A stretch of DNA of 63,840 nt, filler included, from Octopus bimaculoides (GCF_001194135.2; 5 parts of 5 records of this genome joined end to end with filler, not necessarily neighbours in it), one strand, 5' to 3'. Counted from the first letter of the whole stretch, positions 26,847 to 38,228 are shown. Numbers and translations are program-made. The notes: a model not told the origin generated them from the sequence alone.

Positions 26847-27777
26847 CGTGCGCATGCGCGTGCGCGTGTGTGTGCGTGTGCGTGTGTGTGTGCGTGTGTN
26901 NNNNNNNNNNNNNNNNNNNNNNNNNNNNNNNNNNNNNNNNNNNNNNNNNNNNNNNNNNNNNNNNNNNNNNNNNNNNNNNNNNNNNNNNNNNNNNNNNNNN
27001 NNNNNNNNNNNNNNNNNNNNNNNNNNNNNNNNNNNNNNNNNNNNNNNNNNNNNNNNNNNNNNNNNNNNNNNNNNNNNNNNNNNNNNNNNNNNNNNNNNNN
27101 NNNNNNNNNNNNNNNNNNNNNNNNNNNNNNNNNNNNNNNNNNNNNNNNNNNNNNNNNNNNNNNNNNNNNNNNNNNNNNNNNNNNNNNNNNNNNNNNNNNN
27201 NNNNNNNNNNNNNNNNNNNNNNNNNNNNNNNNNNNNNNNNNNNNNNNNNNNNNNNNNNNNNNNNNNNNNNNNNNNNNNNNNNNNNNNNNNNNNNNNNNNN
27301 NNNNNNNNNNNNNNNNNNNNNNNNNNNNNNNNNNNNNNNNNNNNNNNNNNNNNNNNNNNNNNNNNNNNNNNNNNNNNNNNNNNNNNNNNNNNNNNNNNNN
27401 NNNNNNNNNNNNNNNNNNNNNNNNNNNNNNNNNNNNNNNNNNNNNNNNNNNNNNNNNNNNNNNNNNNNNNNNNNNNNNNNNNNNNNNNNNNNNNNNNNNN
27501 NNNNNNNNNNNNNNNNNNNNNNNNNNNNNNNNNNNNNNNNNNNNNNNNNNNNNNNNNNNNNNNNNNNNNNNNNNNNNNNNNNNNNNNNNNNNNNNNNNNN
27601 NNNNNNNNNNNNNNNNNNNNNNNNNNNNNNNNNNNNNNNNNNNNNNNNNNNNNNNNNNNNNNNNNNNNNNNNNNNNNNNNNNNNNNNNNNNNNNNNNNNN
27701 NNNNNNNNNNNNNNNNNNNNNNNNNNNNNNNNNNNNNNNNNNNNNNNNNNNNNNNNNNNNNNNNNNNNNNNNTATAC

Positions 27778-27821
<44 letters not shown>

Positions 27822-28040
27822 ATATATATATTTACATATACAGTCACGTGTATGCGCGCGCAAGCGCGTGTCCTACTACGCGTGATAGCCGGTTTCGCAT
27901 AAGAGACAGTAAGAATACTTACCAGGGTTTAAAAAAGTAATTAGTACAAAGGTCGATTCATTCGACAGGAACCCCCCGAGGCGGTGCTCCAGCATGGTCG
28001 CACTTCAATGCACTGAAACAATTAAAAGATAAAAGATAAA
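26690..28040 (+). mobile_element. SINE family C split by an expanded GT/AT microsatellite and an N gap
   Basis: 5' part 26690-26808 and 3' part ~27870-28040 in the same orientation; continuity across the gap is inferred. Confidence 0.55.
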
Positions 28041-28374
28041 CAATATGTTATTGTCAAGTGTTTGCCTTTCCTTAATTAGAACACATATTCATTCAAGAGA
28101 CACAACAAGTGCTAAATATATACTAATACTTATGTCATAAAAGAGATTTCTAGGGAGTTAATATCTCTATATAGATATTATATTGTTACAAAGGAGTGGG
28201 AAAATACTGCAGAATATAAGTATCTAAAAGAGGAAAACACTTTTGTCAGTTTTATACACATCTTCACGTGATGAATGAATTTAGAGAAATAGAAAAACTA
28301 AAAGTAACTGAGGAAGTACCGTTTGAGTACGCAATGTCGTCAGCGCTTACTCAGGCAAAAAATATAAATACATT

Positions 28375-28654
28375 GTTGTTTGTTGTTGGCACTCCGTTGC
28401 TTACGACGACGACGACGAGGGTTCCAGTTGATCCGATCAATGGAACAGCCTGCTCGTGAAATTAACGTGCAAGTGGCTGAGCACTCCACAGTCACGTGTA
28501 CCCTTAACGTAGTTCTCGGGGATATTCAGCGTGACACAGAGTGTTACAAGGCTGGCCCTTTGAATTACAGGCACAACAGAAACAGGAAGTAAGAGAGAGA
28601 GAAAGTTGTGGTGAAAGAGTCCGCTGCCCTAACCACTGGGCCATTGCGCCTCTA
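28375..28654 (-). mobile_element. SINE family B, internally deleted
   Basis: Tail through gtggtgaaagagt fused to ccgctgccctaaccactgggccattgcgcctc (head). Confidence 0.85.
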
Positions 28655-29308
28655 CTGTAAATATATATTATTTTATTAAATAGAAAAAAATTAATGATTT
28701 GCATTTTATATATTTTTTACTCTTATCGTTTACTTGTAACAGTCATTGCACTGTGGCCATGCTCGGGCACCGCTTGAAGGNNNNNNNNNNNNNNNNNNNN
28801 NNNNNNNNNNNNNNNNNNNNNNNNNNNNNNNNNNNNNNNNNNNNNNNNNNNNNNNNNNNNNNNNNNNNNNNNNNNNNNNNNNNNNNNNNNNNNNNNNNNN
28901 NNNNNNNNNNNNNNNNNNNNNNNNNNNNNNNNNNNNNNNNNNNNNNNNNNNNNNNNNNNNNNNNNNNNNNNNNNNNNNNNNNNNNNNNNNNNNNNNNNNN
29001 NNNNNNNNNNNNNNNNNNNNNNNNNNNNNNNNNNNNNNNNNNNNNNNNNNNNNNNNNNNNNNNNNNNNNNNNNNNNNNNNNNNNNNNNNNNNNNNNNNNN
29101 NNNNNNNNNNNNNNNNNNNNNNNNNNNNNNNNNNNNNNNNNNNNNNNNNNNNNNNNNNNNNNNNNNNNNNNNNNNNNNNNNNNNNNNNNNNNNNNNNNNN
29201 NNNNNNNNNNNNNNNNNNNNNNNNNNNNNNNNNNNNNNNATACAGACAGTACATAGTCACAAAAACCCACACACATGCACACATACAGATATGCACAAGG
29301 AGACAGAG

Positions 29309-29351
<43 letters not shown>

Positions 29352-30052
29352 CACACACGCACACACACACACACGCACACACACACACACACACACACAA
29401 AATCTTGAAATATAACTGAACAATGACATACATACATACATACATACATACATACAAAAATACCCTGTTGATGTTTAAGTACCAATGAAGGGCTCTTGGA
29501 TCTAGGTTAGAAACCGACTCTTTCTCTATTGGCAAGAAATCTTGAAATAAAACTGAATAATGACATACATACATACATTTGTAGTTATAGAACTTAAAAT
29601 TGAATTTATTTACGTATATACATTGCAAAAGAAATTTCCATGGAGTTCTGAAAGAAAAAAAAGAGAAGATATAAATCTACATAAATATATGTACGAGTGG
29701 TGTATGAACAGTCTTGAACCTCAAAAAACAAAACAAAACATGGTACAAGACTTCTGATAAAGGTACAAGACTTCAAGGCTCAAAGGCCTTGAAAGCTCCA
29801 AACTTTTCATACACCTTTCGTATGTACACAGTTCTTAGTAAATATTCGTTGCAGCAAGAATATTTTTCATATAGTTTCACAATGATAAGCGTTTTTGTTC
29901 ATGAATTCCCACTACCTACTGTGAATAAAGTCCGGTAAACAATTCGTTTTAACAGATCCACTTATATTTTCTCTTGAAAATCATGTATAATATATTCTAA
30001 ACACAGTGATGATATTGACACAAATCTATATATCCTTAATTAAAATAAGTAT

Positions 30053-30410
30053 ATAGGCGCAGGAGTGGCTGTGTGTTAAGTAGTTTGTTTGCCATCCACA
30101 TGGTTCCGGGTTCAGTCCAACTGTGTGGCACCTTGCGCGAGTGTCTTCTATTATAGCCTTGGGCCGACCAAAGCCTTGTGAGCGAATTTGGTAGACGGAA
30201 ACTGTGTGTTTGTGTTTGTACTCCAACCATCACTTGACAACCGATGCTGATGTGTTTACGTCCACGTAATCTAGCGGTTCAGCAAAAGAGACCGATAGAA
30301 TAAGTACTAGGCTTACAAAAAATAAGTCCTGGGGTCTAATCGTTCGACTAAAGGGGGTGCTTCGGCATGGCGGCAGTCAAATGAGTGAAACCGATAAAAG
30401 AATAAATGAG
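30053..30410 (+). mobile_element. SINE family C, full length (tRNA-like head + CORE-like segment)
   Basis: ATAGGCGCAGGAGTGGCTGTGTG head, GGTTCAGTCC B-box-like, GGCACCTTG..AGTGTCTTC CORE-like segment, AAAAGAATAAA tail; CORE-type SINEs are known from octopus. Confidence 0.85.
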
Positions 30411-30438
30411 TAAAAGCAAGTTAACAGGACGTAAATTT

Positions 30439-31322
30439 GGCATAACTACAGGGTTTTATCACCCAGACTTTGGGAGGTCATAACTTTCAGAAAAATGAAT
30501 ATTTTTTAATGAAATTTTCTATGCATATAGTATTTACTATGTAGAATCCGAATATACTTTCCGGTGAAAGTGGTTTGGAATGGGGGTGGGGGACAATTTT
30601 CGGAAATTCCAGGAAAATTAATATTTTTTCGTGAAATTTTCTACAAATATACCTTGATGCATGTACATTTCGAGCATGTAGGAATTTTGAAGGAAACAAC
30701 TGCAGGTTATGTTTGAGAAGCGTTCCCCACTCGGTGGTGTTTCGGAGCAAGTCGTCCATAATTGTTTCATTTTTCTCTATTATGTGCGTATGTGCATCCG
30801 TAGATTTGTAATGAAGTAATACGCTGCTTCTGTTCTCTTCTACTTCTCTACTNNNNNNNNNNNNNNNNNNNNNNNNNNNNNNNNNNNNNNNNNNNNNNNN
30901 NNNNNNNNNNNNNNNNNNNNNNNNNNNNNNNNNNNNNNNNNNNNNNNNNNNNNNNNNNNNNNNNNNNNNNNNNNNNNNNNNNNNNNNNNNNNNNNNNNNN
31001 NNNNNNNNNNNNNATAACCTGCAGTTGTTTCCTTCAAAATTCCTACATGCTCGAAATGTACATACATCAAGGTATATTTGTAGAAAATTTCACGAAAAAA
31101 TATTAATTTTCCTGGAAGTTAAGAAGAATTTAAGTGGACTCTGTTGGAATTTCCAAACATTGTCCCCCACCCCCATTCCAAAACATTTTCACCGGAAATA
31201 TTTGTATATTCGGATTCTACATAGTAAATACTATATGCATAGAAAATTTCATTAAAAAATATTCATTTTTCTGAAAGTTATGACCTCCCAAAGTCTGGGG
31301 GGTAAAACCCTGTAGTTATGCC
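30439..31322. mobile_element. Non-autonomous DNA transposon with ~270-300-bp TIRs and 8-bp TSD (MULE/Merlin-like; family uncertain)
   Basis: GGCATAACTACAGGG... / ...CCCTGTAGTTATGCC; arms 30439-30710 and 31014-31322 are reverse complements; GTAAATTT at 30431-30438 and 31323-31330; centre partly N gap. Confidence 0.85.
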
Positions 31323-31548
31323 GTAAATTTAACCAAATTCATGTTATTATGCCATGAAATAGTTTTACGTCATGATATTATTTTATATAATACGATGCTA
31401 GAGTGTGGGGAAATGTTGGCTACAACAGAGTCGAAAAAGCACGGCACTTTGCAGTGTTTCAAACAAACCACTTCAATATGACCGAATTCATGGAATTGCA
31501 AATAACAACAGTAACAGCAGCAGCAGTAACAACAACAACAGTAATAAT

Positions 31549-32440
31549 CCTTTCTACTATAAACACAAGGTTTGAAATTGTTGGGGAGGGGACTAGTCGA
31601 TTACATTGACCCCAGTGGTTTACTGGTACTTAATTTATCGGCCTCGAAAGGATGAAAGGCATAGTCGACCTCGGTGGAATTTGAACTCAGAACGTAACGA
31701 CGGGCGAAATACCGCTAAGCATTTTGCCCGGCGTGTTAACGATTTTACTAGCCCGCTGCCTTAACAATAATCCTTTTTACTATAGGCACAAGGCCTGGAA
31801 TTCGTGGCGAGGAGTTAAGTCGATTACATCGACCCCAGTACTCAACTTAATTTATCGACCCTGAAACGATGAAAGCAAAATCGACCTCGGCGGAATTTGA
31901 ACTCAGGACGTAGTGGCAGACAAAATACCGCTAAGCATTTCACCCGGCGTGCCAACGACTCTGCCAGCTCGCCGCCTTAATAATAATAATACTAATCCTT
32001 TCTACTGTAGGCACAAGGCCTGAAGTTCGGGGGAAGGGACTGAGTTGATTACATCGACCCCAGTGTTTTACTGGTACTTAATTTATCGGCCCCGAAAGGA
32101 TGAAAGGCTAAGTCGACCTCGGTGGAATTTGAACCCAGAACGTAACGACGGGCGAAATACTGCTAGGCATTTCGTCCAGCGTGCTAACGATTCTGCTAGC
32201 AAACTACCTTTGCAACAACAGTAATAATAATAGTTTCAAATTTTGACACAAGACCATCAAGTTCGAGTGATGGGGTAAGTCGATTACATCGACTTCTAGC
32301 TCTGAACTGGTACTTATTTTACCGACCCCGAAAGGATAAGAGGCAAAGTCGACTTCGGCAGCATTTGAACGTGAAGACGGACGAAATGCCGCTAAGCATT
32401 TTACTTGTCGCGGTAACGATTGTGCTAGCTCACCCCCTTA
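31549..32440 (-). mobile_element. Head-to-tail cluster of four SINE family A copies
   Basis: Copies at ~31549-31761, 31767-31978, 31994-32210 and 32230-32440, separated by short AAT/AAC spacers. Confidence 0.9.
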
Positions 32441-32484
32441 ACAATAATAATAATAACAAAAATGCCCTTATGCTGTACAAAATG

Positions 32485-33035
32485 TCCTGATACAGTATCA
32501 GACAATGGCTCTCATGGCTTCTGATCTTAACCGATTGGAAGTGTTAACACGCACGTTTTGTTTTGGTGTAAAAGACGAGTTACAGCAAGTATTTTGCTCA
32601 GTACAACTGATTAGCTTGTCACTTGCTTGACCGTAACCAGTGGAACATGTCCCTTAGTAGCTGACGATATACGCATCTCTGATCACGAGGTGGAATAGTG
32701 GGGGAGTATCATAACCATGTGTTGAAGGGTATTCTTTGGTGTTGAATAATTCATATGTGGAAACATAGGTGCTTCGTTCATTATCCTTAAACAACACTTA
32801 TTCAGGGACATTTTGCACGGGATGGACAACTCAACCTGAAGAAAATTCTAACTGTCCATCTGCAAGGTCATGCGCTGTTTGTCTTGATATGAGGTCACCA
32901 TGTCGCGCAGATATGTTTGTGATGCATGTCCTGGTGTAATTTTAAAGACTGGTAGTTATGATGGGTATATTTGGCTTCGTATATTTATACCCCAGCGTCA
33001 CTTTGATGGCGTGTGCTATTCTCTCACTCAATAAT
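32485..33035. mobile_element. Unclassified ~550-bp repeat family E, apparently most complete copy
   Basis: Reverse complement of 10810-11250; ends ...ctctcactcaataat. Confidence 0.7.
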
Positions 33036-33838
33036 GATTGCAAGAATGTCATCTGTGTAGGTAATACAGCCAGTGATTAACCAGACTAGAAGTATAATTA
33101 TGCAATGCACAACAAAGTAAATTATTTACAACACACGACAAAAATATTTAATGCAGGGAATTCACTACGTAATTCTATAACTTCAATTCAATAACCTTCA
33201 TGTTAGGGATAATTACTGCACTCTTAAGTTCAAAATATATACTGTATGCGTAATGTTATTAATCACATGTTTCATAAGTTCAGTTCCATAACATAAAGTA
33301 TAGTTGAAATGGAGAGAAAGGTTAAGCTTGTCTGTGTTAAGTGCCATTACAAAATGAAAGTGTTCACTTCTTGATAAAATGTTTGATAAAAGTGTTTGCC
33401 TGTAATGATTAAGCTAATTGTAAGTGGCGTTGCATTTCATGCGGATGTGTTGTAAAATTGAACTATTGATTATGTAAGCGTAGATGTTCCTGTGCGCGTG
33501 TAAAACGAAATTATGTGAATCGTATTATAATAGTGTTTATGTTGGGTTACACGCGTTTGTACTCGTAAAATCCCCTCGCCTTTTTATATTCCGATAGATG
33601 AAAATACATAAGTACGCATGTATGTGCACAGACACACACACAGACGCGCGCGCGCGCGTATGTGTGTTTCTTTTTATATGCTGTGTATATAGTTTACAGT
33701 TCTGTTATAGGTAGGATTAAGAAAAAAAGTATTCCGTCTAGTGAAAGATAAATAATTAATATACAAAATTTACAAAAGAGCTACTGATAGTTTAATGCTT
33801 TAGAGACACAATAAATTGCCTATTCAATAAATTGTGTT

Positions 33839-33883
<45 letters not shown>

Positions 33884-34151
33884 GTCTCTGCATCCAGAGA
33901 CATGCTTCTGAGTCTTTGCTTCCTAGGGCTAAATAGCAGTAGTATTATTCCCTTCATGGGACTGTCACATTAAGTTGACAGCATACAACTACTTTATCGC
34001 ATCACTACTGCATAAATCTCTCTGAGATGTATTATTTATATATATATATATNNNNNNNNNNNNNNNNNNNNNNNNNNNNNNNNNNNNNNNNNNNNTTAAT
34101 TAATTAANNNNNNNNNNNNNNNNNNNNNNNNNNNNNNNNNNNNNNNNNNNN

Positions 34152-34395
34152 GAAATCCGTCGGCCCATTGGCTTCCCTTCATGGCAGAATTAATAGTCAA
34201 GACTATTTAAGTATTTTATCTGATCAAATTCATTCTATGGTTGCGGAAATGTTTCCGGAGGGAAACGCAGTCTTTCAGAGGATGATAATGCACCAATTAA
34301 CACAGCTAAACTTGTTACTGAATGGCACGAGGAACATTCTAGTGAAGTTGAACATCTTATCTGGCCACCACAGTCCTCAGATCTTCCCGAAATTC
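34152..34395 (+). pseudogene. Tc1-like DD34E transposase fragment
   Basis: GRINSQDYLSILSDQIHSMVAEMFPEGNAVFQ then, shifted, DDNAPINTAKLVTEWHEEHSSEVEHLIWPPQSSDL (FQxDNAP..H and WPxQSPDL motifs). Confidence 0.8.
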
Positions 34396-34452
34396 AATTT
34401 TGTCATCTCTCTCTCTTATTATTGCTTTGCACGCAGCTAATACTTCGTTCTG

Positions 34453-34486
<34 letters not shown>

Positions 34487-34537
34487 ATGTATGTATGTAT
34501 GTATGTATGTATGTATGTATGTATGTATTATAATAAT

Positions 34538-34845
34538 TGTTTCGAATTTTGGCACAAGGCCTGCAGTTTTAGGGTAGGTGGTAATCGATTACATCGACCC
34601 CAATGTTCAACTGGTACTTTTTTTATCGACTCCTAAATAATGAAAAACAAATCGACCTCGATAGGATTTGAACTCAGAACATAAAGACGGGCGGACTACC
34701 GCTAAGCATTTTGTCCTGTGTGCTAACGATTCTGTCAGCTCGCCGCCCTATGTAATATGATTATTTCTATTATAGATGCAAAGCCTGGAACTTTGAGGGA
34801 GGGGCTAGTCGTTAACATCAATGCAGTACCTGACTGGTACTTATT
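34538..34845 (-). mobile_element. SINE family A plus a partial second copy
   Basis: Family A motifs. Confidence 0.75.
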
Positions 34846-35200
34846 TTATATATATATTATCAAAATAATACAATGATATAAGCACGTCTAAAACAGACAC
34901 TTAAAAACAAATTCAATAATTTTCGTCTTTTAGCCAGGAAGAGAATCTTGTGTCAAGATCCATGATAGGGCCACCAAAATTAATACAAGAGAGGGAGAGA
35001 GGACAGTATCTTCAAACCAGATACCTGGCTCAAATGCTTAAAAATGGACTCTGTTAAAAGCACACGAGGTGCCAGGAGGTGATGTTAAATATGGAGACGG
35101 ATTAAGACCACCGCCCAAATTAACTATGGTGGGGTTTGAACTAAGAACATGAAGCTCTGGAGAGGTGGGGCAGACACGGCAAGACATCTCCGAAAACCAG

Positions 35201-35652
35201 GCCACTTTGGTGTGGCTACTCGCTTTACTGCTTAGTATGCGTTACTACTCTATCTCTTCTTGAGATTTTATAAATAGCCATTTTGCTTGTTGCAAATCAG
35301 TGACCGGTGGTCACTTTGTTCACAATATATCACTGGCAGAAGCGGATCTTAGACATCACTCCACTGCGCGGGTCCGCGCGGCTGAAGATGAGCCAGATAG
35401 CTCGAAACTGGGCCAGTCCCGCGATCCTGTTATCTGCGGGAGGGTAGTAGGGATTCGCTCCCCCTGCTAGCGATGTATTATATGTAAAAGGTGCAGAGTT
35501 TGCACCGAAAACCAGCTGGCGGAGAATCCGCCTGGGGTTAAACTAATAGTAACATTCAACTGCCACTTTGCTGTGGCTACTCGCTTTACTGTTTAGTATA
35601 CTTTACTACTCTATCTCTTCTTGAGATTTTATTACTAGCTATTTTGCTTGTT
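35201..35652 (+). mobile_element. 361-bp unit bounded by 91-bp direct repeats, containing the hammerhead (pseudo-LTR/retrozyme-like)
   Basis: 35201-35291 and 35562-35652 differ at about 7 of 91 positions by my manual alignment. Confidence 0.7.
35370..35427 (+). ncRNA. Type I hammerhead ribozyme motif (Penelope/retrozyme-type minimal form)
   Basis: Stem I CGCGG(35377-81)/CCGCG(35419-23); core CTGAAGA(35382-88)+T; stem II GAGC-cagata-GCTC; GAAA(35404-07); quasi-palindromic stem III ACTGG-G-CCAGT; GTC cleavage triplet ending 35418. Confidence 0.8.
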
Positions 35653-36465
35653 TACATATTTTATTATTTATTAAAGGATAAAGAGAAACAGTTACTTCAT
35701 TCAATTAATTCCTTTCCATACAGTTTGCTGCAAGTTGATTATTCTCCACCCATGAATTTACCACGGGAAGCCACCAGGGTCGTATGCTCCGAGTGTGCCA
35801 GGTGTGCGCTGCACAACCATCGAAAATGGCAAATTCATTATAAATATTAATCTTACTCATTAGTTTTATCACATATCATAATGGCAAGCTTTTGTCATAC
35901 CCCTGCTTGAAATTTGGTGGCGGATGTCCTGAAATAACACTACACATTTCACTGAGCACTGTATCATAATATGGTACCGGGCGTATCATAGGATAATGGG
36001 AGAATGGCAAAAAAATTAACGGCGAAAGGTGTGCAAATGCTTTCACAGCATGGTCGCATGTTCGTTTCCGTGGCGAGAAGTTATACATTTAAATTGATTT
36101 AAAATTTCTAAACTAAATTTTTTACAATAATTTTTTTCCTTACAATATCATCATGTAACTTCGATCTTAATAAAGTGGTTCATTGTTGATGAGGATATCG
36201 AACATTTTATGTCTCAAAGAAGAATAAAACTTTCATATAAATAATTTAAGTAAAATTATATGGTTTCTTATTTTTCAATGTGTGCGCATAAGGCAATTAT
36301 GGCTTATTTTAGAATGCTTACAATTTATAGGGTATTATTAATTCAGTTTACTTTAATGGTATAAATTAAAGTAAAATGATATAAATTTTACATCTGTAAA
36401 TTAATAAAATTTAAAACTTCCTTATTTTTGTCTCAGCATAGATGAGGTGTCCTTCTTGTACACTT

Positions 36466-36700
36466 AGTGGTTAGGGTATTGGGCTCATGATCGTAAGATT
36501 GTGGTTTCGATTCCTGGACCGAGCAATGAGTTGTGTTCTTGAGCAATGCACTTCATTTCACCTTGCTCCAGTCCACTCATCTGACAAAAATGAGTAACCT
36601 TGCGACGGATCGGTGCCCCGTCCAGGTGGGGAATTTATACGCCACTGACACCAGGGAAACCGGCCCTTATGAGCCTAGCATGGCTCGAGAAGGAACCATT
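36466..36700 (+). mobile_element. SINE family D (tRNA head + Meta/V-type central domain)
   Basis: TAGTGGTTAG...GGTTTCGATTCC head; cacttcatttcaccttgctccagtccactc central motif; related copies at 41625-41897 and 44850-45030. Confidence 0.75.
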
Positions 36701-37240
36701 TCTTCTTCTTTAGTGACATATATTTGTATCTCAATTGAATTTAGTTTACATTTTGGATCCCGCATTTTGAATAGAAATACCTACACAGTTTGTATGCCTA
36801 ATTTGAGCAATACTAATGTTAGTCATAGTATGGTCAGTGTGGCAGCACATCCAATGACAACAACCACCATACGCCACTGGAAGCCACGAGTAAAAATAAA
36901 TTCAGTTAAATTAAAGTAAAATGATATAAATTTTACATCTGTAAATTAATAAAATTTAAAACTTCCTTATTTTTGTCTCAGCAAAGATGAGGTGTTCTTG
37001 TACACTTTTAATACGCTCCTGGAAGTTCTTCTCTCTGTTTTTTTCTCTTTAGCAATATTTATACAAAATTAAATTTGCATAGGCGTAGTAGTGTAGTGAG
37101 AACCTTGCTTCCCGCGCATGCGCCGGTCTATTCGCTGTGTTGATTTTTGATGAGACGGACGGAATTCTTTGAGCTGTTGGCAGCAGTTTGTCGGTGAGTG
37201 TTGTACCGGTAGAAAGGAATGTATTCGGACCTAAGCTAGT

Positions 37241-38228
37241 ATGAGCCTTCCTCATTGGAGGAGGATCTCGTTAAGGTGGTAAATAGAATTGGACGAGCAT
37301 TTGGAAAGAGTAAAGAGTTTTGTTGAGGCTGCAGAGAAGAAGAAAAAGGAAGTGGACCTAATCGGATTGAAGGAGCTGTGTAAGATGACACAGAAGGTGG
37401 GCGGTGATGTAAATCTGTTACCCCCGAAAAGGGTTATGGTAAATATGGAAAAGAATACCATCACCTACAAGGTGTACGCAGTGGAGAAAAGGAAGGTGGA
37501 GCGGATGGAGATGGAAAAAGTAGAAAAAGCTCTGAAGGGGCTTTCAAAGGAAGTGACGTATATAGAAAAAGGAAATGGATATGGGACGGTGGATGTCCAG
37601 TTTAGGACAACGGAGGAGGCGAAAAGGCTGGCGAGCACAACTGTTAAAACGGAGGAACTAGTACTTCTACCCACGTACTTAGGAAGAAAGACTTCTAAGG
37701 TGAGGGTAGAAGAAATTCCACCCGATATAGAAGTGGCTTGGGTAGCGGCAGCCGTCCTCGTTGGAAGTGAGGAGGCGGTAGCTGTCCTCCAAGCCACAGA
37801 GACGGAGGAAGGTGGATTTAAAGGGAAAAAATAGGAAATTATCATACAAGCGGAGGCGAAACAGCTAGAAAATTTGGCGGAGACAGTGACGTTAGGAAAA
37901 ATAATATTGAGAGTATGGGTAGAGGGCAGAGCTTCATGTTGTTTTAAATGTGGCCAAAAGGGCCACATTAGAGCATACTGCCCTCTACAAAGGACAATGG
38001 TTGAGGATGCAGTTGTGGAGACGGAGGAGGAGAGAGAGAGAGGAAGAAAAGACAGACGGAGGAAAGGAGAAAAAGGAGGAAGAATGGAAAGCTACAGAAA
38101 GCAGAAGGAGAAAGAGGAAAAAACAGACACTGAGTATGATGTGGTACCCCAGTCCAACTCCAACCCACCCAAGACTACCCAGACCCACCCTCCCCATACA
38201 GACACCAAACCCACCCACCACATTTCCC
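37241..38228 (+). pseudogene. Tx1/L1-like ORF1 (RRM-like region + CCHC zinc knuckle), two in-frame stops, truncated by a gap
   Basis: ATG 37241, ORF 37289..37834 and ORF 37874.. share one frame, broken by TAA (37280-82) and TAG (37832-34); contains YGTVDVQFRTTEEAKRL and VWVEGRASCCFKCGQKGHIRAYCP (CX2CX4HX4C). Confidence 0.7.
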
